Assembly: GCA_963737265.1 (NCBI GenBank)
Contig: CAVTRY010000017.1
Location: forward strand, 32,001 to 96,000
Reading direction: 5' to 3'
DNA: 64,000 bases
From: an uncultured delta proteobacterium
GTDB lineage: Bacteria > Myxococcota_A > Polyangia > Fen-1088
The translations under genes were made by a program, and so were the position numbers. Under the pieces are notes generated by a model. It saw only the letters and a list, made by a program, of their open reading frames with translations, searched no databases and had not been told where the DNA came from. This document shows positions 31,521 through 42,000 of the stretch, piece by piece; position 1 is the stretch's first letter, and each line of letters starts with the position of its first letter.

Positions 31521-32313
31521 CCGTGGCGCTCGCGATGGACAGGCTGAAAAGGCGACGTGCGTTCGCCGTGGTCGCCTCGGCAGCGAGACTCGCAGGAATT
31601 CCTCGGACGTGTGCGAGGGTTTCGAGGGTGCTGACCACGAAGGCCGGTTCGTTGCGGCGGCCGCGATGGGGGACCGGCGCCAGATAGGGAGCGTCAGTTT
31701 CGACCAGGATGCGATCGAGAGGTGCATAGGCTGCCGCCGCCCGCAGGTCGTCCGATTTCTTGAATGTGAGCACGCCTGAAAAGGAGAGATACAGCCCCAG
31801 ATCGAGGTAGCGCTTGGCGTCATTGACGTTTCCGGAAAAACAATGGATGACGCCGCCAGCGTCGGGGATCGCGCCGGCGCCGAGGATGCCGATCGCGTCC
31901 TCATGGGCATCGCGCACGTGGCAGATCACGGGGCGCCCAACCGACGTCGAGAGCGCCAGGAAGCGCTGAAAAACCTCGCGCTGAACCTGGCGCGGCGAGT
32001 GGTCATAGAAGTAGTCGAGGCCGGTCTCGCCGATGCCGACCACGCGCGGATGCTGCGCCAGGGCCTTGAGGATGGTCCAAAACTCGGGAACGACTTTGTC
32101 GGCGTCGTGCGGGTGGATACCGATGGCGGCAAAGATGTCGGGTTCCCTGCTGGCCAAGGCGACCACCCGTTCAGCCGTGGCCAGATCCCCGCCCGAGCCC
32201 ACGCACACCATGGCCACGATGCCGGCGCCGCGGGCGCGCTCGATCACGGCCGGCAGGTCTTGGCGAAAGTCCTCGAAATCGAGATGGGTGTGGGAATCGA
32301 TGATGGCCAGCAC
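31507..32313 (-). CDS. tatD: TatD family hydrolase
   Basis: DSHTHLD, GIHPH, IGETGLDY, HCFSG and ETDAPYL motifs. GTG start with a GAGGA RBS. Confidence 0.93.
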   Translation of the reverse strand: MLAIIDSHTHLDFEDFRQDLPAVIERARGAGIVAMVCVGSGGDLATAERVVALASREPDIFAAIGIHPHDADKVVPEFWTILKALAQHPRVVGIGETGLDYFYDHSPRQVQREVFQRFLALSTSVGRPVICHVRDAHEDAIGILGAGAIPDAGGVIHCFSGNVNDAKRYLDLGLYLSFSGVLTFKKSDDLRAAAAYAPLDRILVETDAPYLAPVPHRGRRNEPAFVVSTLETLAHVRGIPASLAAEATTANARRLFSLSIASATGVPP

Positions 32314-32320
32314 GGATTCC

Positions 32321-33802
32321 TCACCCGGTGATCTCGATGCGGCTCGGAACTTTGTGCGGGGCCAAGCGTTTGGCACAGTGATCCAGCATCGCCTTGGGCC
32401 GGCAGCGGCCGCCGGGCGTAACCTGAACCACGATATGGGTCGAACCTTCGTCGTCGTACTCCACACGGGCCAGCGCCGCCTTTACGTTGGCCAGGCCCTC
32501 GAGACAACTCTCGATCTCGCCTAGCGCCACCGAGCGCCGGTCGACCTTCACGATGTCATCCTCGCGGTGGCACAGATGCAGCCGCAGGGAACGGTCGACG
32601 TGTCCGACGTCGCCGGTGCGCAGCCAGCCATCGAGCACGCCACGACCGACCGCGGTGTTCGCCGCGCGCACCGGGAGCGCGGGCAGGAATGTCGTCGAGA
32701 CGCCGGCGCCACGGATCCAAATGGGCCCGACGGTGCCAGGCGCAAGCAGGGCACCAGTGCTACTGGCGACTCGGATCGACACGCCCGCGAAAGGCACGCC
32801 CACCGAGGCTGGCGCAGATCCGTCGAGATCGATGGCAGCCGGACCGGTTTCGCTGCTGTGGTAACACGACAGCACCGGGATCCCGAAACGCTGGCGGAAT
32901 GTGTGCGCAACCTGGGCGGGCAGGGGAACGCCAGAGCAAACGAGATGGGCTGAATGCTTTTGCACGGGCTTGGCATTGGTCAGCCGGGCCAACGCGGCGA
33001 ATTCTCGCGGCGTGGCGGCAAAGAGACCAATGGCTTGGTCGAGAAGGGTTTTCGCCAACCGAGGCACCACCGCGCCGTCGTCGAGAAAAAGCGTGGCCCC
33101 CTGGAAGAGCGCGGCCAGAAGACCGAAATCAAAACCCTGGCAATCGAAAAGTGGCGCTGCGCAAAGCACCCGCGGCTGGGGCGACAGATCGAGGGTCTCT
33201 TCGAGCGCGGAAGCGATCCCGCGCAGCTGCGCCGGCCCGCGCACCACCGCCTTGGGGTCGCCGCCAGAGTCCAAGGTAAATAGCACGACCGCCGCGTCTT
33301 GTGCGGCGGGGAGGCTAGGTCGGGACCAAGGGTAAAGGGTACAGGACAGAAGAGTGCCCGAAATGCGATGGCGACTTTCCGCTGCCAGCCGCGACGTGGG
33401 CGCGTGCCCGTCCAGGCGAAGTGTTCCCAAGGGCGCCGCCAGCGGATCGATTGCGTTGGGCCGGGTCACGAGAGCGCGCAAGGGCGCGGCATCGATGGTC
33501 ATGTCGAGATCCCGCCCGCCGGTGGTGGGATCGATCAGTACCACCACGGCGTCGAGCTTGGATAGCGCGAGAGCAATCACGACGAACTCCGGATCGTTGC
33601 CAAGCATGAGCCCGACCCAATCGCGGGCTTGGATTCCCATCGCGGCGAATTCTTGTGCTCGACGTTCGACGCGATGGAGGAGTCCGCGCCAGGAGAGATA
33701 GGTGTCGCGGAAGATAACGGCATGGCCCGGAGCCGCTCCTGCGAGCCGCCGTTGCACTGCCTTTTCCAACCATTCAAACAGCAGCGACATGTTGCTTGTC
33801 AT
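32321..33802 (-). CDS. Class I adenylate-forming enzyme family protein (degenerate motifs)
   Basis: YHSSETG, WLRTGDVG and LGEIES present, but the P-loop reads LFTLDSGGDPKAV. Confidence 0.75.
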   Translation of the reverse strand: MTSNMSLLFEWLEKAVQRRLAGAAPGHAVIFRDTYLSWRGLLHRVERRAQEFAAMGIQARDWVGLMLGNDPEFVVIALALSKLDAVVVLIDPTTGGRDLDMTIDAAPLRALVTRPNAIDPLAAPLGTLRLDGHAPTSRLAAESRHRISGTLLSCTLYPWSRPSLPAAQDAAVVLFTLDSGGDPKAVVRGPAQLRGIASALEETLDLSPQPRVLCAAPLFDCQGFDFGLLAALFQGATLFLDDGAVVPRLAKTLLDQAIGLFAATPREFAALARLTNAKPVQKHSAHLVCSGVPLPAQVAHTFRQRFGIPVLSCYHSSETGPAAIDLDGSAPASVGVPFAGVSIRVASSTGALLAPGTVGPIWIRGAGVSTTFLPALPVRAANTAVGRGVLDGWLRTGDVGHVDRSLRLHLCHREDDIVKVDRRSVALGEIESCLEGLANVKAALARVEYDDEGSTHIVVQVTPGGRCRPKAMLDHCAKRLAPHKVPSRIEITG

Positions 33803-33885
33803 CCGAGCTGCGGATGAAACACTTCATCTGATCCGGTTGCTAACGTAACACGCTCCGGTGACCCGCGGCGAGGACCTTCGATCAG

Positions 33886-34044
33886 TGAAGAACTGTCCAA
33901 AAATTGGACAGTTCTTCAGCAGCCGAGCCAAGGGCTCGGCCGCAGGTGGGGTGAAGTCCGCGAATTTACTTCGCGGACGAGGGGAGGGCAGCGGCCCTCC
34001 CTTCAAAAATCTTCAAGACGGGTCCATTTATGGACACGTCTTGA
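33886..34044. mobile_element. 159-bp multi-hairpin MITE-like element, copy 2
   Basis: Copy of 589-747, flanked by direct repeat GATCAG at 33880-33885 and 34045-34050. Confidence 0.82.
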
Positions 34045-34046
34045 GA

Positions 34047-35321
34047 TCAGCGATGGGCGATGAGGTGCCCGTGTCGGACGGATCCCTCGCTCGCCAGGTA
34101 GTCAGCGACGATGTGGCGCGCTAACGCGTGGGCTTTGACCTGCCACCCCGCCGGGTTGCCGAGCAAGACCGCAAAGGCGATCTCGGGACTATCCACGGGA
34201 GCATAGCCGATGAACCAGCTATAGCCGAGCTGCCCACCATCCGGCAGTCCGGCGGTGCCGGGTGGGGCGGGATCGCGGGGACCACCGCGGTAGTTGAGCG
34301 TGCCGGTCTTGCCCGCCACTTCGATCGGCAAGAAGGGCTGGCCCTTGCGGTCGCGAAAGCTGTGGCGTGCCGTACCCATGGTGGTCGTGAGCTCCATCAT
34401 CCTGCCGACTTGTTCTGCGACGGCCGGGTCGAGAACGCGGCGGGATGCCACCTTGGGCATGAGGACGTGCGTGCCGCGCGCATCCACGGCCTTGGCGATG
34501 AGGTGGACGGCAGGCATCTCGCCATGGTTAGCGATGGTGGCAGCGATGAGAGCACCATGCATGACGGAAAGCGAGCTGTGCCAAAACCCGGCGGCGGCGC
34601 GCGCATATTCGAGCCCGTCGCGCGGGATCTCGATCTGCGAAGGCTCGACCGCGGCATCGAATGGCAGTACTTCCCCGAAGCCGAAGGACGCGGCGATGCG
34701 CTCTAGGCTTTCCGGGCGCAAGTTGCGCGACGCCAGCTTGGCGATGATCGCGTTTTGGGATTTTCCGATGGCGTATCCCAAGGTCGCGCAGGTACGATCG
34801 ATCGCGGGCAGGTCGACCAGATTGTCGCGCAGCACGGAAGAAACCCCACCGTGATAGCAAACACGACTTCCTGGATCGAGATGGGCTTCCTGCAAAAGCG
34901 CGGAAGCCGCCACGACCTTGAAAACCGAAGCCGCTGGTGCCCAGGGACGCAATGCAAGCGCGGCAACATCCAAGGAAGGGTCGGTTTTCGAGTAGCCAGC
35001 CAGGACCAGGACCTTTCCATCAGAAATGGAAATCACCGCGGCCGCGGCGAAGGGAAGGTGGTGCGCAGCCAGCGCGTCTTCAACCGACTTCTGCAGTGCC
35101 GGCTTCAGCGTGAGCTGGGCCAGCCCGCCACCTTCCAAGTCGGCCACGTAATGCGAGCCATGCAAACTCATGGTTTCCAACGCCACGAGCGGACCTGCGA
35201 CGCTTTCCGCTGGGGTCGGCTCGACGTCCTGCGCATGAGCGCTAGACGCGATAAGACCAACTGTGAGCGTGACGACAAACCCTCGAATAACCTCTGTCCG
35301 AGCGCTACGTGAAGGTTTCAT
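34047..35321 (-). CDS. Penicillin-binding transpeptidase domain protein
   Basis: SxxK (ASVFK), SxN (SQN) and KTGT motifs. Start approximate. Confidence 0.85.
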   Translation of the reverse strand: MKPSRSARTEVIRGFVVTLTVGLIASSAHAQDVEPTPAESVAGPLVALETMSLHGSHYVADLEGGGLAQLTLKPALQKSVEDALAAHHLPFAAAAVISISDGKVLVLAGYSKTDPSLDVAALALRPWAPAASVFKVVAASALLQEAHLDPGSRVCYHGGVSSVLRDNLVDLPAIDRTCATLGYAIGKSQNAIIAKLASRNLRPESLERIAASFGFGEVLPFDAAVEPSQIEIPRDGLEYARAAAGFWHSSLSVMHGALIAATIANHGEMPAVHLIAKAVDARGTHVLMPKVASRRVLDPAVAEQVGRMMELTTTMGTARHSFRDRKGQPFLPIEVAGKTGTLNYRGGPRDPAPPGTAGLPDGGQLGYSWFIGYAPVDSPEIAFAVLLGNPAGWQVKAHALARHIVADYLASEGSVRHGHLIAHR

Positions 35322-35410
35322 GTCTACAAAGTCATACATGTAGGATTGTGTGTCAAATAATCCTCCTCCTTTACGGCGCGCCGGTCGTGCCCTAACCTGG
35401 AGGACCTCCC

Positions 35411-36334
35411 GTGGCACGAACACCAACCAAACGCGACGACACCTCGCCGGATCTCGACCACGTTCGGGCCAAGACGGTTGTGACGAGCATCAATCGCATC
35501 ACCGAGAATGCTCCCACTAAGGAAGCGTGTTTGGTGGTCATCTACGGCTCCGATCTCGGCCGTAAGCACAACCTCGAAAGCTCTTCGGTCACGCTCGGAC
35601 GCTCTACGAAATGCGACATTCAGATCGATCAAGAATCCGTGTCGCGCGCCCATTCGAAGATCCTCAATACTGGTCGCTCCATTCGCATTCGCGATTTGGG
35701 ATCTACCAACGGGACCTACGTCAACGACGAGCTTGTCGAGGAGCGCACCCTCGTCGACGGGGATTTCATCAAGATCGGCCGGACGATTTTCAAGTTCTTG
35801 TCGGGTGGAAATATCGAGCGCGCCTACCACGAAGAAATCTACCGGCTGACGACCGTCGACGGCCTGACGCAGATTTACAACAAGCGCTATTTCGCCGAGG
35901 CGCTCAATCGCGAGATTGCACGGGCCAGCCGCTACCGACGCGAGCTGTCCCTTGTGATCTTCGACCTCGACCATTTCAAAGAAGTCAACGACACGCACGG
36001 CCACCTGGCCGGCGATTCGGTGCTCAAAACCCTGGCGCTGACCATCAAGTCGAAAATTCGCACCGAGGATGTTTTCGCGCGCTACGGCGGCGAGGAGTTC
36101 GCCATCATTTTGCCCGAAATCGACGGTCACAACGGCCACCAATTCGCCGAAAAGATCCGGCGCATTGTGGAGACGACGGAGTTTCACTTCGAAACCACGA
36201 AGATCCCCGTGACCATCTCCATGGGCGTGGCCACGCTCGATGCCGAGGAACCGACGGCTGCGGCGCTGATCAAACGAGCCGACGAACGCCTGTACGAGGC
36301 CAAGGGCGCGGGGCGCAACTGCGTCAAGGGCTAG
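35411..36334 (+). CDS. FHA + GGDEF diguanylate cyclase
   Basis: GRS..D....SVSRAH...DLGSTNGT (FHA), then DLDHFK and RYGGEEF. Confidence 0.93.
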   Translation: MARTPTKRDDTSPDLDHVRAKTVVTSINRITENAPTKEACLVVIYGSDLGRKHNLESSSVTLGRSTKCDIQIDQESVSRAHSKILNTGRSIRIRDLGSTNGTYVNDELVEERTLVDGDFIKIGRTIFKFLSGGNIERAYHEEIYRLTTVDGLTQIYNKRYFAEALNREIARASRYRRELSLVIFDLDHFKEVNDTHGHLAGDSVLKTLALTIKSKIRTEDVFARYGGEEFAIILPEIDGHNGHQFAEKIRRIVETTEFHFETTKIPVTISMGVATLDAEEPTAAALIKRADERLYEAKGAGRNCVKG

Positions 36335-36423
36335 ATCAGCCGAGTGTCTTTGACCACGACGGAATCCTTGCGGTACTCTTCGAGCGCCCCATCTGTCAGC
36401 GGGCACACCCAACAATCCATGGA

Positions 36424-37371
36424 ATGTCGATGAATCTAGGCAAACTGAAGCTCGCTCTCATCGCGTTCGTGGCGGTGACTCTGTTTGCCCTGGCGCCCGC
36501 CCGCGCACAAGCGCAAGGCCAAGCCGAGAAGAAACAGCAGGCGAAGGAGCACTACGAGAAGGCGTCGCGCCTTTTCGACGTAGGCAAGTACGGAGAGGCG
36601 ATTAGCGAATACGAGGCGGCCTACCTCCTCATCGAAGACGCGGCTTTCTTATTCAACATCGGGCAGGCATATCGACTTTGGGACAAGCCCGAGGACGCCA
36701 TTCGGGCGTACAAGAACTACCTGCGTCGGCGTCCCGAAGCTAGCAATCGCGCGGAGGTGGAAAGGAAGATCGCGGATCTGGAAAAATTGATGGAGGACCG
36801 AAGGGGAAACGTGGCCGCGCCCGCGCCGCCGATTGCTCCACCTTCGCCGCCCGCGCCGCCGATTGCTCCACCTTCGCCGCCCGTGCCAGCTGCGACTCCG
36901 CCTTCGCCTGAACCTGCGGCCGTCGCGCCGGCGCCAGTTGCGCCTGGGCCAACGTCACCGCCGGTCTCTCCGCAACCAGTTGGTGTTGCGTATGCAGAGC
37001 CGGTTTCCGCTGCGCCAGCTCCTCCTCCTGCTCCTGCTCCGCCTGGCACGAGCAACTGGCTTTCCTATACGTTGATCGGCGTGGGCGGCGCTTGCCTGGC
37101 TACCACCGTGATCGCGGCGGCCGTGGGCGCGAGCAAGGCGAAGAAACTTCAGGACGCCTCGCAAAACAACCAACCGTTCGATCCGGCGGTTCAGGCCAAT
37201 GGAAAGACAGCCAACGTGATTGCAATTGTCTCCGCCGTGGCAGGCGTTGCAACCGGGGGCGTTGGCGGCTACCTGCTGTGGCGTGGCGCTGGATCGACGC
37301 CGGCAACGGCTTCGGTTGCGCCAATCGTGACCCCGAGTTTCGCCGGCGGTTCGGCACAGCTAACATTTTAG
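36424..37371 (+). CDS. Signal-peptide TPR protein with a Pro-rich linker and C-terminal TM segments
   Basis: FNIGQAYR...AIRAYKNYL TPR motif, PPIAPPSPP repeats and hydrophobic C-terminal helices. Confidence 0.75.
   Translation: MSMNLGKLKLALIAFVAVTLFALAPARAQAQGQAEKKQQAKEHYEKASRLFDVGKYGEAISEYEAAYLLIEDAAFLFNIGQAYRLWDKPEDAIRAYKNYLRRRPEASNRAEVERKIADLEKLMEDRRGNVAAPAPPIAPPSPPAPPIAPPSPPVPAATPPSPEPAAVAPAPVAPGPTSPPVSPQPVGVAYAEPVSAAPAPPPAPAPPGTSNWLSYTLIGVGGACLATTVIAAAVGASKAKKLQDASQNNQPFDPAVQANGKTANVIAIVSAVAGVATGGVGGYLLWRGAGSTPATASVAPIVTPSFAGGSAQLTF
36818..36882 (+). repeat. 30-bp tandem duplication encoding the Pro-rich linker
   Basis: cgcccgcgccgccgattgctccaccttcgc occurs twice. Confidence 0.8.
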
Positions 37372-37372
37372 G

Positions 37373-38272
37373 ATGGAGCGGAGAATGACCAGGACGATTG
37401 GATTTGCGGTCGGGCTCCTGCTCCTGTTTTGTGGTTGCTTCAACACGAGCGGCATCACAAATGGCGGGCTGGTCTGCAACAGCGGTGCCGTCGCCTGTCC
37501 CGATGGTTTTGTCTGCAATTCTGGTAAGTGTTGGAAGAACGGAACCGGGCCCGACGCTGTGTGCACGCCCTCCACGCCACCCTACGGGCCGTTCGCGACC
37601 TGCAGCACGAGCGCGCCAAATCTGACCACCTGTGATCCCGTATGCCAGTCTGGTTGCGACTGTGGCAAGCGCTGCGTCTTCAACCTCGAAACCGGCAACT
37701 CGTTCACCTGCGAAACCACGGCGGAACCGGCAGGTTTCGCCTTCGTCGATCCCGTCGGCCAGTGCAATTCTCCCAACGACAATGCTTGTGCGCCAGGGTC
37801 GGTGTGCATCGGCGACGACGTGTGTGGAAACCTCTGCTACAAAACCTGTCGGGCCGCCGTCGATTGTGCCTCGAACAGTCGTTGCACCCGGGACCTCGTT
37901 TTGGACAGCGACGGAGTAACGCCAGTCGTGCCGAATGCATACCTTTGCTCGCCCCCGATTGAGGTGTGCAATCCAACGGGAAGCGCTGCCTGCGCGAACC
38001 CGCGCGCAGGGTTCAATTGCGTCTTCCTTGCCGGTCTCACCGGCCAGCAGGCGGTGGACACGACAACCTGCGACTGCGCTACACTTCATAGCGTGGCCAT
38101 CGGGGAAAAGTGCAGCACGATTCCCGACGACTGCCGACCCGGCGCGGCCTGCGTCAACGGCGTCTGCCGGCGGCTATGCAATCTCAAGGCAACCGCATCG
38201 CCTTGCCCGACCGCCAACGTTGTGTGCACGCCGATCTATGGATCCACCCAGTACGGTTACTGCACCCTATAG
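37373..38272 (+). CDS. Cys-rich putative lipoprotein
   Basis: Hydrophobic signal ending LFCGC, followed by many Cys repeats. Confidence 0.7.
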   Translation: MERRMTRTIGFAVGLLLLFCGCFNTSGITNGGLVCNSGAVACPDGFVCNSGKCWKNGTGPDAVCTPSTPPYGPFATCSTSAPNLTTCDPVCQSGCDCGKRCVFNLETGNSFTCETTAEPAGFAFVDPVGQCNSPNDNACAPGSVCIGDDVCGNLCYKTCRAAVDCASNSRCTRDLVLDSDGVTPVVPNAYLCSPPIEVCNPTGSAACANPRAGFNCVFLAGLTGQQAVDTTTCDCATLHSVAIGEKCSTIPDDCRPGAACVNGVCRRLCNLKATASPCPTANVVCTPIYGSTQYGYCTL

Positions 38273-38347
38273 CCCAGCCGCTGCCCTAAAGTTGTCGAAG
38301 GTCTACCCAGGGTAGAGACGTTGTTCCAATCTTATGCTATTCCGCAT

Positions 38348-39019
38348 ATGGACCCAATGAAGGACAAGGCCAACCACATCCACCACGATGCATCTCTGGC
38401 TCAGGAACAAGCATCCATCGCGGCGCCGGTCAGTGACGAAGTCCTTGTCGAGCGCGCCCGCGCCAAGGACGTTGTCGCATTCGAAGAACTCGTCGGACGC
38501 TACGAGGGCAAGCTCTATCGTCTGGCCATGCGTTTCGTGCGCAACGAAACCGACGCGCAAGAAATCCTTCAGGACGCATTTCTTTCCGCTTGGCGCAACC
38601 TGCCCGCGTTCGAGGGGAGAGCGCAATTCGGAAGCTGGATGTACCGGGTCACGGTCAACGCGGCACTCATGCTCCTGCGCAGCCGTAACCGGCACCCCGA
38701 GGTCACGGTCGACGATATCGAGCCCACGGTTCTGAACGACGCCGTCGCACAGAGTGGCCAGATCATGGGGACCAATCCGGATTGGTCGCAGCGGCCCGAC
38801 GACCAACTGCAATCCGAGGAGATGCGTCGCCACATTCAGGTTTCGGTCGATGCCCTGCCCGACGGACTGCGAACCGTCTTCCTTCTGCGCGATGTCGAGG
38901 AGCTGTCGACCGAGGACACCGCCGACATGCTCGGGCTGTCGGTGCCAGCCGTGAAAACCAGGCTGCACCGCGCGCGTCTTGCGCTGCGTGAGGCGATTGG
39001 CCGCTACTTCGCGCGTTGA
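38348..39019 (+). CDS. ECF sigma-70 factor
   Basis: DAQEILQDAF, FGSWMYRVTVN and AVKTRLHRAR motifs. Confidence 0.92.
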   Translation: MDPMKDKANHIHHDASLAQEQASIAAPVSDEVLVERARAKDVVAFEELVGRYEGKLYRLAMRFVRNETDAQEILQDAFLSAWRNLPAFEGRAQFGSWMYRVTVNAALMLLRSRNRHPEVTVDDIEPTVLNDAVAQSGQIMGTNPDWSQRPDDQLQSEEMRRHIQVSVDALPDGLRTVFLLRDVEELSTEDTADMLGLSVPAVKTRLHRARLALREAIGRYFAR

Positions 39020-39024
39020 CGTGA

Positions 39025-42000
39025 GTGATCCCGTCGATCGCCGAGGATTCCCAGTATACTTCTTCGATGATCGTCTGGCGGTCTTGTATCGGGGGCCGCC
39101 TGCTGGCGGTGCTGGTGGCTGTTTTCGGCCTGTCCCGCCTGGCCTGGGCGGCAGCCGATACCAGCGATCCCGTCGAGCACGCGCGCGAAGAGCTTCGCAG
39201 AAACCACGGCCGCCCCGAAGCGATAGCCGCGTTGTCCACGCTCGCGCGGAACGATGATTTCGCGGCCCCGGGGCGGTTTGAGCAAGTCTTGCGCGAGCTG
39301 GTCGATGGCAAATTGGGCGGCCCGCCCGACCCGCTGGTGCTGGCCCACGCTGCCTATCTCCTATCGCTGGAGGAGGACCGACGCGGTGATTTCGGAGCAG
39401 CGGAGAGCCGGCGGAAGGCGCTTGGTTTTTTGGGTGATTTCTGGGTGCTGGGTTCCTTCGACGCCCAGGGGCGCAGCGGCTTCGGCCGGGTCTTTCCGGT
39501 CGAGGAAGAGCGCCAGCCGCTCGATCCGCGGGCAAGCCAGCACTATCCCGGAAAGGAACGAGAAGTGTCGTGGCGACGCGCGCCCGCCGGGGCTTTCGTG
39601 CAGGGTGCGATTCTCGTCGATGCGCTTCTGCGTCCCGACAGCGACGCCGTCGCCTATCTACTAACCTACGTCACAAGCGACCGCGATCGATGGGCGGCGC
39701 TGCGGCTTGGTACTTCCGGGCCGGGCAAGGCCTGGCTTGGTGGGAGGGAGGTTTGGGCAAACGATGTGGTGAGGCCGGCGAGCCTCGACCAGGACGCCGC
39801 CCTGGTGCATCTGCGCCGAGGCGCCAATCCGCTCGTCATCAAGACCGTGATCACGCGTGGAAATTGGCGTCTCTTCGCGCGCCTGACGGATCCCGAGGGG
39901 CGCAATCTCATCGGCGTTGCCGCCAGCGCGAACGTTCCTGCTCGGCCGGCTCTTGCCATTCCAAATGAACGTCGCTCGCATCCCGTTCGCGACCTCGGCA
40001 AGATTCTTCGCGACCGCGCCGACCATGCGTCGGCCGTCGACTTGGCGCAGGCCTGGCTCGACGAGGCGCTCTATCTTGCTTGGGTGATGCCGGTGGACAG
40101 CGAGCTCAAGTCCATCGAGACGGCGGCGAACAAAGCTGTTCCAACTGCGAATACCGAACTGTCGTTGCCAGCTATCCAAGCGCTCCTGCTTTTGGGAAGC
40201 GCGGCACGCGAGGAGGACGATAGGCGAGCGGCCCTGGAACGCGCGCTGCCGGCGCTTGCGCGTTCCGACGAGCGGGCCCGGGTGCTGGCCGATCTCGGCC
40301 GACTGGCACGCCTGCAGCACCGCGAGGATGTGGCAATCGCCCGCTGGCGACAAGCCGTCGCGCTCGATCCCCGCTGCGTCCCGGCCGAATTGGCCCTGGC
40401 ACGCGAGGAGCAGCGTGCGGGCATGGCCTCGACCGCGCTCGGTCGGCTTTCCGCGCTGCCTGAATCAGCGCGGTTGTTGCCGCTCGTGCAGGATGCGCTG
40501 GCCGACATCCTGGCCTCGCTCGGGCGCCATCGAGAGGCCAATGCTCTGTACCAGTCGATCTACAGCACGCGCCGATCGGAAACCGGCGCTGCTCGCGACT
40601 TGGCCGCCGCTGCCCGCGCACGCGGGGACTTGGTCGAGGCGGCGCGAGTCTATGGTGAGGCGGCGCGCTGGCGCCCAGACCTGACCAGCTTCGTGTTCGA
40701 CCAGGCCGCCATGTTGGAGGGAGCGGGAGAGCAGCGTGCCGCCGAAGGCGTGTTGCGGGCGGCGCTTGCACGCCTGCCGGAAGATCCGGGCTTGCACGAG
40801 GAGCTGGGCAGGCTGCAGGCGCGTACGGGCGAGACCGTTGCCGCCGTCGTCAGCATGCGGCGCGCGCTGGAGCTGCGACCGCAAAACCCAAGCCTTCGTC
40901 GCTACCTGGAAGCCTTGGCAGCCGCGGCTCGGGAAAAGCGCGACCCTCGATCGGTGACCGATCTAGTGACCCACTATGGAGCGGACGGCGAGGCCTTGGC
41001 ACGCGAGGTCCTGTTCGGGCCGGCGCCCAGCGACGATGCGTCGGCGGAGGTCCTGCTCGACCGCAGCGTGGTGCGTGTGCACGCAAACGGCCTTTCCGAG
41101 CGTTTCGTGCAGCGCCTGGTCCATGTCCGCTCGGATCGTGCCGCGCGCGAGAACCAAGAAACCTGGGTCCGCTTCGAGCCCGGTCGGCAAGAGGTCGAGA
41201 TCCGCGAGGCACGCATCCTGCGGCGCGCGGCGGACGGCCGCATCGAGGTGTCCGAGGCGACCGGACGCGACGAAAGGGAGCTGTCCGAGCCGTGGTACGG
41301 CCTTTACTACGACGCGAGGGCCGAGATCGTCACGTTCGAGAACCTACGTGCCGGAGACGTGGTGGAGGTTCAATACACCGTCGCTGACGTGGCCAATGTC
41401 AACGAGCTTGCCGACTACTTCGGCGATTTTCAGATGATCGCGGAGACCTTGCCCACGCGGCGCTGGGACTACACCCTCATCGCGCCCAGACGGCGGACGT
41501 TTTACTTCAATCAGCCGCGCTTCGCCGGGCTCGTGCGCGAGACGGAGGAGAGCGGACCAGACACTATCTATCGTTTTGTGGCGGCGCCCGTGGCGCGCGT
41601 GGAAAGCGAGCCTTCGATGCCGGGGTTCGCGGAGGTCGCGCCCTACCTGCACGTCAGTACCTATCGGACGTGGGACGACGTCGGGCATTGGTACTGGAAC
41701 CTCGTGGTGGACCAGATGCAGGACGATGGTACGCTGAAAAAGGCCGCCGTCCAGGCCACTGCCGGCGTGACGGACACGCTCGACAAGGTCAAGGCGATTC
41801 ACCGTCTGGTTGTGGAAAACACCCGCTACGTGGGGCTGGAATTCGGCATCCACGGCTACAAACCCTACAAATCCACGCAGGTGCTGTTGCGCAGGTTTGG
41901 CGACTGCAAGGACAAGGCGACGTTGCTGGTGGCCTTGCTACGCACGCTCGGCGTCGATTCGGACTTGGTCTTGCTGCGCACGCGGCGGGGCGGGCGGATC

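Noticed and set aside
33824-34124. Small ORFs overlapping the 159-bp element
   Set aside because: They are translations of the palindromic repeat with no protein-family features.
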